The notes under the pieces were generated by a model. It was not told the origin of the DNA, did not search any database, and saw nothing but the letters and a program-made list of their open reading frames with translations. 64,000 nucleotides of DNA from Calcarisporiella thermophila CBS 279.70 (lineage: Eukaryota; Fungi; Calcarisporiellomycota). The stretch is from positions 169,376 through 233,375 of the forward strand of contig NW_027192219.1 of NCBI RefSeq assembly GCF_041956535.1. Reading direction: 5' to 3'. Position numbers and translations under genes: made by a program. The number at the start of each line of letters is the position of its first letter. The stretch's first letter is position 1. This document shows positions 25,623 to 36,526 of this stretch, piece by piece.

Positions 25623-28548
25623 ATGCGGGCATCATTTTGTTTGAGCGCAATACTGCTGACGCTCGCCTGCGGTGCGAGTGCAGCACCCGAGTCTAAAAGT
25701 AAGCCTTTATCTGCTTGGATACCTCTGCTTATCCGGACGCTTTTCTGTGCCATGTCTTCCATGGACTTCCATCCTCTTGACCACGCTACTAATGGCTGCT
25801 TTCCTTTTCTCTGCTTTATCTAGCGCAAAAGGATTATCTTGTGTCCGACTTGCCCTACGTCTCAGATGATATCCATTTACATAATTTTGCCGGGTATCTA
25901 TACTGGACAGCATGCTCCGCGCATGTCCCATTAGACATGAGGCTAATTCTGCCAACTTAAACTAGACTTATTAATCTCGATGAAACAACAGACGCTAATA
26001 TGTTCTTCTGGCTGTGGCCACGGAGGGAGCAGGTGGCAAGAGAAAAGCTGGTAAATATTGCTTTTTCCGCCTTTTATAAAATTTCTCTCTCTTTACTTAT
26101 TGCTCTCTCGCTTCTCAGATAATATTTCTCAATGGGGGTATGTTTAGTGGTTTTGAAAAACATAAGTTTAAATTTAACTAAGAACGTGATGTTCAACCTT
26201 TGCCTGCTCTTCTATGCCTCTAGGTCCTGGGTGGTAAGTTAATACCTGTTTTCTGCTCAGATCCTATATATTAAATCGTGTCTAACTGAATTTCTCCCCA
26301 CGTAATAATAGCTCAAGGTGAATAATCTGGACTCTCCTCTCTCTTCACCGCTCCATTTCCATATTGAAGTTGGGATCTTTTTTTGTCTATGATAGTGTGG
26401 AAAATATATTCCTAGAAAATGGCCCCATTCGTATCAACCAGACATCGAGTGAGAGCAGTATATACAAAAATGACGCCAGCTGGAACACATACGCTAGTGT
26501 GCTCTATGTGGACCAACCCCTGGGAACCGGATACAGCTACACCGCTTCAAACGGTTTGGATAGGAGTTTGGACCAGGTAAATGGGCTCTTCTGACATTGT
26601 CACCCAGCCTCGAGCTACGTTTCTGGCAATGTGCATCAAAGCACTAATGTGGTTATCCCTGTTCTGTGTGTGTAGGTGGCAGAGCATTTCATGGCGTTCT
26701 TCGATAAGTTTCTTGACACGTTTGACTCTTACAAACAGGCCGATGTGAGTATTAGTTCTGTATCCCATTTGCTTGTGGGGTTGATTGATTTAAGGGACGT
26801 GGATTTCCCTACTTAGATCTATCTGGTTGGCCGAGGCTTTTCCGGAGTTTTCATTCCGCATTTTGCTCAGGAAATGCTAAAGCGGAATAATGCTGCAAAA
26901 AGTCAAAAGGTAAAGGCAGGAGCTATACGTAGGCTCACCACAGGAAAATAACGACCTAGGTTTGCTCCTCGTAGTATAACCTCCAGGGGCTCATGATTGG
27001 AAATGGATGGTTTGATCCAAAGGTTCAGTACCGGGCCCTGTACGATTACAGCATGGAGAAGGGATTGTTGGACGAAGAGGATGTACAGGTATATTATATT
27101 TGGGTGGGCGGGGGACTGGATTTTTGGAGTCGTCGCTTACTATGTGTTTCTCTGAATAGCAACGGGCTTCTCAATTCGTCACCAAGTGCGAGGAGGACAT
27201 GGAGAAGCGGGGCGTCCGCATTCGCAATGACGCATGCGAACAGCTCTTACAGTTGGTTTTGTCTCACTCCGTTACATCGTGAGTATTCGTTTTCCTTGGA
27301 AGCCGAAGGCCAGTCTTGAGATGACTTACGGTACTTACTTTACAATTTGTGCTCTAGCGAGGACAATATTATGCAGTGCATCAGCCAGTTTGATATTCGC
27401 CAGCGAGATACCTATCCCCTGTGTGCCTTGGGGGGACCGGAGGAGGCTAAGGATATGACGACCATCCTAAGAGTATGCGGGTTTTTGTTTCCCCGGCCTG
27501 CAGTGATATTAACCCGTCTATCCATTGTGCCTAGAACATTCGGTTCATGCAATCACTCCATTTGCCCTCACAGTATACGGGATGGAGTCTCTGCAATGGT
27601 CATGTCAGCAATGCATTGATTGACGATCAGAGCCCGCCCTCCATCGAGGTAAGTAGCGTGCAAGCCTATCACTCGCTCTATTTAGGCCTTCCATATTGAT
27701 GCCTCTTGTTTATTTACCCTCTGAACCAGCTTCTTCCCGACCTCCTCGCTAAGGTGCCTGTCCTCCTCTATAGCGGCGACTCTTCACTAGCCTATAATCA
27801 CGTCGGAGTCGAAAAAGCCATCTCAAAACTCCAGTTCAATGGCGCGGTGGGCTTGCCCGACGAGGCACCCGCTCGCCCATGGTACGTGAATGAGACGCGG
27901 ATTGGAAGTTGGAGGAGTGCGAGGAATTTGACCTATGTGCTTGTGGAGGGGGCGGGCTTTATGGTCGGCTATGACCAGCCTCTTGCAATGCTGAATATGG
28001 TCCATCGGTTTATTGGAGTAAGCCCGCAGCAGGTGTTGGGGGTGCCCGCCCGGGTCGAAGGAGAAGAGAAGAAGAATTGGCAGCCGCTAGGTGGGGGCGA
28101 GGCGGATGGGGCAGCCGGCAACATGGATAAGGAGGCACACTGGATAGAAGACAATTACATGTAAGTGAGCTGAGGTTGAATCGAAGTTAACCCCGTTTAA
28201 GCCTTAACTTTGCTCTTGCGTCAATAGACTGTTTGCCGGCATCGCTGGCGTCTTCGCCATCGGATTCATTATTTTCATGATATTCCGCAGGCAGAACCGG
28301 AGCTCACGTGGGCATTTCTCGCGGGTGAAGGGGACCCCTAACCACTACGAGGATTCCAATGAAATGTAAGTGTACTTGTGTGGAATATTCTCTGCAGTCC
28401 TCTTACAGCCCGGTACACGGATAGGGATGAGCTGGTCATCGACACGTCCGATTTTCTTGCTGATGACGACGACGATGCCAACGGAGAAGCGGATGGGCCA
28501 AAGTCCCCCATGTTGCGTCGCCATGGGAATGGAGCGGCGAAATTCTAG
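25623..28548 (+). CDS. Kex1-like serine carboxypeptidase (S10) homolog, type I membrane protein, apparently catalytically dead
   Basis: Signal peptide, MFFW, NGGPGCSS, ENGP, YVDQPLGTGYS, IGNGW, RNLTYV, a TM segment and an acidic tail. Catalytic motifs are degenerate. Confidence 0.85.
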
Positions 28549-29023
28549 ACGGTTGGAGAGGGATTCTAAACTCTTGCTCTTGTAGCGCCTATTTAATATT
28601 CGTTATATCCTCCTAATGTTGTTGATTCCCCCATTCTTGTTTAAATTTATTATTTACACTTTTCTTCCTTTCTGTTAATGTATCCACCTTATTTATTGCT
28701 GTTCCATTTACTTGTAGATTGAAATATAGACGATGATGTGGCTATTGAATTGGTTTTGGGGATATCTTGCTGCGGTTTTCATTTGGCCGTCGTAGAGCTA
28801 CAATAAAAGAGGCTTGTAGCCTTGTATTCATTCAAGTCAAAAAAGGGAGTGGAAGAGGCACGAGTTTTTATCAAAGCTGCCGGGGGATGGTGAAAAAAAA
28901 AGGCGCCTATTTTCGGTCTTCTATGGAATACAACATTGCACTTATGAACAGGACGCATCATCCTAAGCGTCAGGAGGAACAAAAACAACAGAAATAAAAA
29001 AAAAATACACACAAACATTCTAG

Positions 29024-31671
29024 CTAGTAGCTGCGGCCAATACGCTTTGCGGGGGGGTCAAGCCGGGTCATGACGTCTTCGGGTATGGTGGGGATAGAAT
29101 CCCAACTGGCAAGGGAGGAAAGGGTGTACACATCTAGAGGTGGCTCCAGGCGTTCTACTATTGTTATCGTCATAGAGGAGTTAGTACGGGGGGGGGGGGG
29201 CGCTCCATCGAGTGCTTATGCCAAGAAAACTAAAGGACTTACTGTCGTTCTCCTCGTCAATCTTTTTCAAGGGGGCGCTGGGCTCCGGGGTATCTGCGAG
29301 GGGGTAGGGGAGGTGCAGCGGCAGGAGACGTCGAGAGTCCTTCAGCTCCATGATGCTCTCGTTTTTCACGGGGGTGGTCTCTCCCTCTTCCTCCGTCGCC
29401 TCGCTATTCCCCTCGGTCTCAAAGGTGAAGACCGGTTTCTCGGTGGCAAGGGGGCTGGTTGGTTTCTTGCGCGATCTTAGAATGGTTGGCGAGGCCCAGA
29501 TGCTCAGGCTCTCGGAGCTGGGGGCACTGAACGATCTCTCCCGCCCCACCATACTCCACAGGGATTCACCCCGGGTCTTCTTCTGCTTCTCGGCCCGGTC
29601 CGCCGCGCTCTTCTCCCCCTCCCGTGGCGCCGCGGCTTTGCCCCGGCTCTGTGCAGCCACTTGCTCCGCCGCCTTCCTGGCCGTCTCCGCGCTACTGTTC
29701 CCGCTCACTCGCCGGCCCTTTCTTGCAAACATCTTCGCCGCGACAGCAGCATTCTCCACGACCTGCCGAGCATAGAGAACGCACTCCGCCGCAAGTTTCG
29801 TCTCCCCCACCTCGTAGCGATACTCGAGCACGCACCTGCGCACCTGCACGGGATGGAGAAGATGTAGCTTGCGGACGGTGTCGGCAAACTGGAGAAAATC
29901 GGAGTGCTGTGTCAGAATCTGCAGGAGCTGGAGGAGCTGGATGAGGGGCGCAAAGTACTGCTGGCACACGTCCTCTGGCAGCTCCCTCTTCCCCTGGGCG
30001 CCATGGGTCCGGCTTTCGCCCCGCCCCGCCGATTGCAGCTGGGGGAGATGCGTGTGGAACCACTCCTCCAGCACGCTCACATTCATCCGAATCTGCAGCG
30101 CCTTGGACCGGCAGAGGTAGCGGCGGCCCTCGAGCACGCGGTTGAACAGCTCGGCGCCCAGGAAGTAGGCTTGCTGGAGCACGAAGTGGGATATGATCGA
30201 GGGATGGACTCCGTACGCGCGCAGGAGATACAGCGTGGATGAGAGCAGGGCCGTGACGTCGCACGGGGACTCCGAGCGAGGGTGGGACCGACGCAAGCGT
30301 AGAGCGGATCGGAGCACATTTCCGGACGAGTTGCGCTTCTCGAAGTAGCCACTCCGGTGCTGGAGCTCCGGGCTGCAGCTTGCGGCGCGCTCGAATGCCG
30401 AGGGCGCTTTTTCCGATTCCAACGCGGTGGCCGCTCCGGAGAATGCGTTGAAGAGCCGCCACTCCCCCTCGAAATGCACGTTCATGTCTGGAATGGGATT
30501 GTGCTCCAGCACCGCCCCGTCGAGGATGCGCTCCAGCTGTCGCCGCGCTCCCAGCACTAGCGAGGCGTACAAGCGGTGCAGAATGGAGATGAAACTAGCT
30601 CGATACCGGCCCGTGACACGATCAAGGTGGGGGTCTCGTTTGAGGTAGAAGAGGAGGCGGCTAACATTGGCGATCCAGAAGGCCATCAGGGCGGTGCAGT
30701 TCTCTATCTAATGGAGCCGCATTCAAGGTTAGAAAACACGGTTCTCTACCGCGACGGGGAGGGGGGGGGGGGGCTAATAGCGAGGATGCCTACCTGAGAT
30801 TTCAGGAGCCCGTCTATCTTCTCTATGGCGGTGCACAGTAGTAGCTGCAGCACTTCAGGCCCATTGTAATGGTGGGCAAACCGTGCGCACAGAAACAGCA
30901 CGTTGGCGGGGACCCACTTGTGGGATTTGACCCTAAGCGGGACGGCTATTCTCATGATCACCTCCATCAAATAGGGGATGTCCTCCATGGAGAAGACGAA
31001 CATCTGGTCCGCCAGGCAGCGGTCCCATACGAAATCCTCCAGGCTGTGCTCCATCTCGTCCTCCCTGTCCTCGATTTCTTTTCCTGGGTTGGGCGTCATG
31101 ATAGCGTGCGTCGCGCTCGAATAGCTGGCGATCAGCTCCTCGAGCTGGCGATTTGACTTGGTGCGAGCGAAGTCGAGCGCCGTGCGGCCACGGGCCGAGC
31201 GATGCGCGGGGTTCGCTCCGTGGGCAAGCAGATCTCGAACGATGGATTCATGCGAATTGGAAATCGCCCACATCAGCGCCGTCCACCCGACTATAGCAAA
31301 AGAAGAGGATGAACTGGGGGAGTCCATTGGGCAGGCAAAACGTAGTCCCTACATATGTCTTGCTTATTGCAGTCCGCTCCTGCATCTAGCAGCACCCTCA
31401 CCACGTTGGCATGCCCAAAGCATGCTGCGTAGTGCAGGGCAGTGTTTCCGTCTTCATCGCAGAGATTGATGTTGACGCCCGCCTTCACCATTTCAGAGAT
31501 GACCTCGGCCTCGCCGTTCGAGCAGGCCCTGAGCAGCACCGTAGTGACATTGTCGGAGGGGATGATGTGAAAATAGGAGGGGATCGGCGAGGTGGCGAGG
31601 GAGAAGGAGGAGGGCGAGCTTGGCGGAGTGAGCAGGGAGGGCTTAGAGGTGCTTGGGATGTCGTGTGCCAT
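29024..31671 (-). CDS. Ankyrin-repeat + dilute (DIL) domain protein, spliced
   Basis: Ankyrin motifs GNTALHYAACFGH and GWTALMWA. FVWDRCLADQMFVF, PANVLFLCARFA, AFWIAN, YLCRSKALQIRMNVSVLEEW, YRYEVGE. Last exon IPTIPEDVMTRLD follows an intron with TACTAAC. Confidence 0.87.
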
Positions 31672-32350
31672 CAATGCTGAGGAGATCGTGAGGAGAGATC
31701 GGGAAGCGGGGCTCCGCGGCAAAAGGACAGACCAGAGGGGGTGCACTTTCCTCTTGCATGGGCCTCTTTTCCCCTGGCCTCTTTGCCTCTCTCGATTTTC
31801 GTTCTCTCTGCATTTTTGGATGACGATCCTCATATACCCCAAAATGGAATTTGAGTTTATGGCTCGGAGAGCCCACAGGAGATTTGGTTCTCAGAGGGGG
31901 CTGGTTGGAAATAAAAGGCAGAAGAAGCTATGTTAAGATAGGGGGAAAGGGGAGACACTCACTCATACTACTTCATAAACTCAGGCACACACACGATGGA
32001 AAAAAAAAGAATCACTATAAAAAAGAAAAATATACAAAAACGAAAAGAAGGGAAAAAAAAAAAATTCTCTTCTACAATTTTCCTTTGTGTATCCAGGTCG
32101 AGGGGTAAAGGAAACAGAGAAAGGAAGATACCATAGGATTAAAATAGAGGTCATCCAGAAGCATAAAAATAAAGGAAAGGGAAGGGAGCGGTTCAATAGA
32201 GAGGAATAATTAATCACAGAGATTCAGGTAAGTAAGAGGAATAAAATAGAATATAAAAGTATATATAAGATGTTATATATAATGGCAAACAGACATGTTA
32301 ATATAAAAAAATAAGGCACTTTTTCTTTCCCAAGATGGGGGGGGGAGGGG

Positions 32351-34816
32351 TTACTCGACCCACGAATTCATCATCTCCTCGCAAGCGAGCTCGGGGACCA
32401 TGCCCATGACGTCGCCGTCGCCGTTGGCTCCACCAGAGGCGGTGGCAGCAGCCACAGCAGCGGCGGCGTACAAGTCGCTCCCGGCATCAGGCACAAAGTT
32501 ATTGGAGGCGGCCCAGCACATCACGGAATTCTCGGGGGTTACCCCTTCGACGGGGGCAGCGCCCTCGCCCGTTGACAGCACGAGGTTCAGTCCCACCATG
32601 TTCGGTGCCACCAGGGCAAGCCGGTCATCTTCTGCGGGAGAACCCGTCAACGGGGAGCCCGAGGACGAATGGGCTCCGGCGCTTGCGATGGAGGAATAGC
32701 ACCCGTAGGCCGAGAGCATCTGCGGGGAGGTGTCGACGAACAAGGGGGCAGAGGGAGGATGCACTAGCATCGTTGGGCTGGGGGGGATCACATGTGCGAT
32801 CATGTCGGGCGCCGATTTTTTAGAGGCTATTGGGAGGGCCGAGGGGGCCAAAGTGGACTCGGGCCTGGATTTCACGGGCGACTCGGTCGGGTTTGGAGGA
32901 TGGAGGGGGTTGGGCGGAGGAGCAAAGTGGCCAGCAGAGGGTGCGTTTCCAGCACAATCCCGCTGCTGTGACTGGCTCTGTTGGGGTTGTTTTTGCGGTT
33001 GTGGTTGTGGTTGGTTTTGCTGGGGTTGGGGTTGGGGTTGGTGTTGTTGTGGTTGTTGTTGTTTTGGTTGTTGTTGTTGTTGTTGTGGTGGTGGTGGTGG
33101 TTGTTTTTGTGATGGTGGTGGTGGTTGTTGCTGTGGGTGAGGGTGTTGTTGTTGATGTTGATGTTGCTGCTGCTGCTGCTGCTGCTGTTGTTGTTGTTGT
33201 TGTTGCTGAGGCATCATCGTCGATAGGGGCGCGGTGGTGGATCGCCGTGGGGTGGGCCGTCCACCATCCCATCCGCCCAGCACCCCTCCAGCTTCGGAGG
33301 GATTCCCTCCCGCCATTCCGTTGGGGTAGGGAGTCATGGGTGCGTGCGAGTCTTCGACGGCCACGGGGGGGCAGCTCATCCAGCGACCATCCGCCACCTG
33401 GGGCTCGAAGGTGGTCACCTGCTGTAGGGCCGCGTCCGCGGTCAGGATCTCCAGGACTTGGTGCTTGAGGGGCATGATCATGCCTCGGATAATATGGCGC
33501 AGGCATCGGGTCGCTTGCTTGGCTTCGGTGAAGTCGCTGCATGTGACCCACTGCATTGCGCCGTCCTCCGAGGTGGATCGCGCCATTGCAAAGGTGGGGG
33601 GCTCGCTCAGCTCAAGCACGACCTGGGCGAAGACGGAGTCCAGGGTGGAGAACTCGAGCGCGGTGACCGCGGAGTAGGGGAAGGTGAGTTTGAAGTGGTT
33701 TGCGTTGTCGGTGATGCGCCACGTGAAGCACTTCTTTGCGTTGTCGTAGTAGCAGAGCAGGTCGTCCTGGCTGATGGACATGCGCCGCCATGTGCCGATC
33801 GTCAGGGTGTCGCAGGTGAAGAGCTGGCCCCAGGGGTCGTGGTGCTTCCTGGCGCTCAGGGCGGGGTGCCGGGGGTCCGCTACAGGAAACCCAGGGTCTA
33901 TGAGCGCTCCGAGCACAGCCAATTTCCAAGACGGGTGCGACTTACCTTTTGCGTCCATGGCGGTGGGGCCCGCCACGGTCGCGCCCATGTCGGGCACGGG
34001 TCCGTGAGGCGAGGGAGCCATCCAGTGGCCGCCGCCCACATAGCGATTCGGGATTGGGCCCGGGCACATCAGCGCCACGGAGGGGTTCTGGTAGGAGTCG
34101 TGGCTGAGTGCGCGCGGCAGCGGGATCCTTCCCGCCGGCGGGGGGATTCTGTACGGGTAGTATTGGGCCGACCCATTGGCCATGGCCACGAGGAACTGCT
34201 GGGTGCGCAGGGCCTCCTGCTCGGCCATCATGGCACGCTTCTGGAGCAGCTTGCTTTTGGCGCGGCGGTTCTGGAACCAGATCTGGACGGAGCGCTCCGT
34301 CATCCCAAGCTTCTCGGCCAGCATCTCACGCGTCTTGCTGTTGGGGGAGGTGTTGCTGGCGAACACGTCTTCCAGCACTGCCAGCTGCTCGGGGGTGGCG
34401 CGCATGCGCTTTTTGTTCTGGGCGGTGTTGGTGGCGGACTTGCCGCCGCCGCCCGTGTCCTTGTCGCCCTCCGACATGTCGTCATCCTTGGATCTCAGGG
34501 GCTCATCGTTGGACAGGGTGGGGGATGGATTGTCGGAGTCGGTGTTGGTCGCGGTGTTGGGGGATGTGGAGCTTGCGGCCGCGATGGAGGCGGACAGGAG
34601 CGAGTAGCTGAATGTGGGGGGGGTGTGCGAGAGGGGGTTGGCGTCGGAGAAGGAGGAGTAGGAGGCGGGGGTCAGCGGCGTGGGGAAGGAGGCGGCGCTG
34701 GTCGCGTTGGATGCCGGCTTTGCGGTAGCGGGGAGCGTGGATTCGGGCATCGCGAGGAAGAGGGGATCTTGCGGGTTGGACTGAGGGGTGAGGAATTGCT
34801 GCTGGTCGTCGGCCAT
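32351..34816 (-). CDS. Homeodomain transcription factor, Phx1/Pah1-like, with polyQ/P tract
   Basis: KKRMRATPEQL...MTERSVQIWFQNRRAK homeodomain; conserved CDTLTIGTWRR...DLLCYY...CSDFTE block. Confidence 0.9.
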   Translation of the reverse strand: MADDQQQFLTPQSNPQDPLFLAMPESTLPATAKPASNATSAASFPTPLTPASYSSFSDANPLSHTPPTFSYSLLSASIAAASSTSPNTATNTDSDNPSPTLSNDEPLRSKDDDMSEGDKDTGGGGKSATNTAQNKKRMRATPEQLAVLEDVFASNTSPNSKTREMLAEKLGMTERSVQIWFQNRRAKSKLLQKRAMMAEQEALRTQQFLVAMANGSAQYYPYRIPPPAGRIPLPRALSHDSYQNPSVALMCPGPIPNRYVGGGHWMAPSPHGPVPDMGATVAGPTAMDAKGKSHPSWKLAVLGALIDPGFPVADPRHPALSARKHHDPWGQLFTCDTLTIGTWRRMSISQDDLLCYYDNAKKCFTWRITDNANHFKLTFPYSAVTALEFSTLDSVFAQVVLELSEPPTFAMARSTSEDGAMQWVTCSDFTEAKQATRCLRHIIRGMIMPLKHQVLEILTADAALQQVTTFEPQVADGRWMSCPPVAVEDSHAPMTPYPNGMAGGNPSEAGGVLGGWDGGRPTPRRSTTAPLSTMMPQQQQQQQQQQQQQQQHQHQQQHPHPQQQPPPPSQKQPPPPPQQQQQQPKQQQPQQHQPQPQPQQNQPQPQPQKQPQQSQSQQRDCAGNAPSAGHFAPPPNPLHPPNPTESPVKSRPESTLAPSALPIASKKSAPDMIAHVIPPSPTMLVHPPSAPLFVDTSPQMLSAYGCYSSIASAGAHSSSGSPLTGSPAEDDRLALVAPNMVGLNLVLSTGEGAAPVEGVTPENSVMCWAASNNFVPDAGSDLYAAAAVAAATASGGANGDGDVMGMVPELACEEMMNSWVE
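32975..33208 (-). repeat. CAA/CAG/CCA trinucleotide microsatellite encoding polyQ/QP
   Basis: Runs of tgt/tgc/tgg on the + strand within the homeobox CDS. Confidence 0.9.
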
Positions 34817-35559
34817 GGTATAGGGCGACGTGTTAATGGGGTTGCGAGGGGGGGGGGGGGGGATGCAGCGTGCTGGCGTTGGGGATGAGGATAGGGCAAT
34901 CAGGCTTACTTAATGGAGAGAGGGAAAGCGCGCTGCGCTCGAAGATGGGCGGGGGAGAGGCTAGGCTGGGATGGATGGGCTGGCAGAGAACACAAGACAA
35001 GCAGGATGAGGATCAGAGCAGGGCGACAGATGGAATGCAGGCAAGAGCATAGACAGAATTCGAAGGAGCAGGGGCGATGGGGCGATAACCTAAGGAATGG
35101 AAGGGAGAGGGGCCGGCGGCGGAGAGAGCAGAGGAGAGGGCACGCAGCTACGCAGACAGCGGATGGGGGGGAAGAGGCATCGATAAATAGGGGGGGCGAG
35201 TGGAAAAGGAAAAGAGGGACAAAAAAAAGGAAAAATAAAACTGTCGACGATGTTTCAAGAGGAGGAGTTAGGGCGACCAATCACGGCGCGTTCCCGCAGG
35301 GAGTACAGATTGACAAAGTTCCACCCCTCCACCAGGCCCGCGGTGCTTGCCCTGTGGAGGATGATCTCATCGCCCCGCTGGAGCTTTGCGCTTTTGATCT
35401 CGGCAAGGCCCCAACCCCTCCTGGCTCCTGCCCTTTCTTCCGATGCCGGGGCTTGCGCCCAGCGGATCTCGAGCCCCAGTGTCCAGAGATGCGGTTTTTT
35501 ATTTGTTAGGAAGGGAAAAGCAGAAACAAGCGGAAAAAGAAAAGAAAAGGTCCAGAAAA

Positions 35560-36384
35560 TTAAGCCTCCGTCTGCTGAGCTCGGCGGGGGCGGCGCTCGC
35601 CGCGGGCGCGCTCAACTCGGCCGGTTCCGGAGGTCACCGCAGACGTGACGGCAACCTTGGGCAGCTTCTCAAAGTTGAGGGCCTTGAGAAGGTTCTACAT
35701 GGGGGAGAGGGCAGAGCATTCAGTCAATCCGATCGCGACCATGGCATCGTGTGATGTCGCACATCGCAGCAAGCCAAGTGCGCACACATCCAACCACAAC
35801 AGGGAATGCATCCAGCCGAGAATCGGCGGAAAATATTTACCTGGGTGTCGGGATCAATCTCGATGGTCTCAACATCAAGAGCAGAGACCTCGGGCACATA
35901 CTGATCTTTCCGCTCGCGCTCCTCCTCTTGGAGCTTGAACGAGATGCCACGCACGGGACCCTTCTGGATACGCTTCATGAGATGCGTGGTGAACCCTGCA
36001 ATCTTGTTGCGCAGGCGCTTGGAGGCGATGATGGCAACCTCGTCGCAGACGCGCTTGTTCGTCTGGAAATCGAGGGTAAGGCGCGGGTAGTATTTCTCGA
36101 TGAGCACGCGCGAGGCCTTCTTGACGGTCTTGGTGCGGACACGACCCTACACAACGCAAAGCAGGGGAGGGTGTCAATCATCATAACATCAGCCCGGGAA
36201 TAGCGTGAAGAATGCAACGCATGTCCATGGAGCTGGGCAGTGGAGCGCATCTATCCGCTCATCCTCCATCCAAGCACCGCCTCGCACATCCCAACTCATA
36301 GAGCCGTGCGTCCTGCTGCCCATCCATCCATCCATCCATCCATGCTATCGCATGGGTCGCATCCTCTTTCCTCTAACTTACCAT
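35560..36384 (-). CDS. RPS17: 40S ribosomal protein S17 (eS17); first exon is the ATG only
   Basis: [14 protein letters not shown]...[39 protein letters not shown]. Confidence 0.97.
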
Positions 36385-36526
36385 GACTGCTAGAGATGAA
36401 TGGAGAGAAAGAACTCCCCCCCTTAGCCGAAAACCTTGGAGAGAAAAGCTCTCTGAAATCTAAGCCACATTGCGATAAAGGCCCTCTTTTTCTGGTCCTA
36501 TATTTCACTTGGCGACATTGTTCGAG

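Noticed and set aside
29187-29200. Poly-G run as a frameshift or sequencing error truncating the DIL gene
   Set aside because: It lies inside an intron (GTAAGT donor, TACTAAC branch point); splicing restores the C-terminus.
33458-34888. 476-aa + strand ORF and other long overlapping ORFs (32830-33468, 29692-30462, 39896-40561, 50559-51482, 58424-59065, 62146-62821)
   Set aside because: Antisense or off-frame shadows of GC3-rich or repetitive real genes; no recognisable motifs of their own.
36148-36381. Intronic C/D snoRNA in the long first intron of RPS17
   Set aside because: Only weak C-box and CUGA matches, no terminal stem, and no convincing rRNA guide next to the D box.
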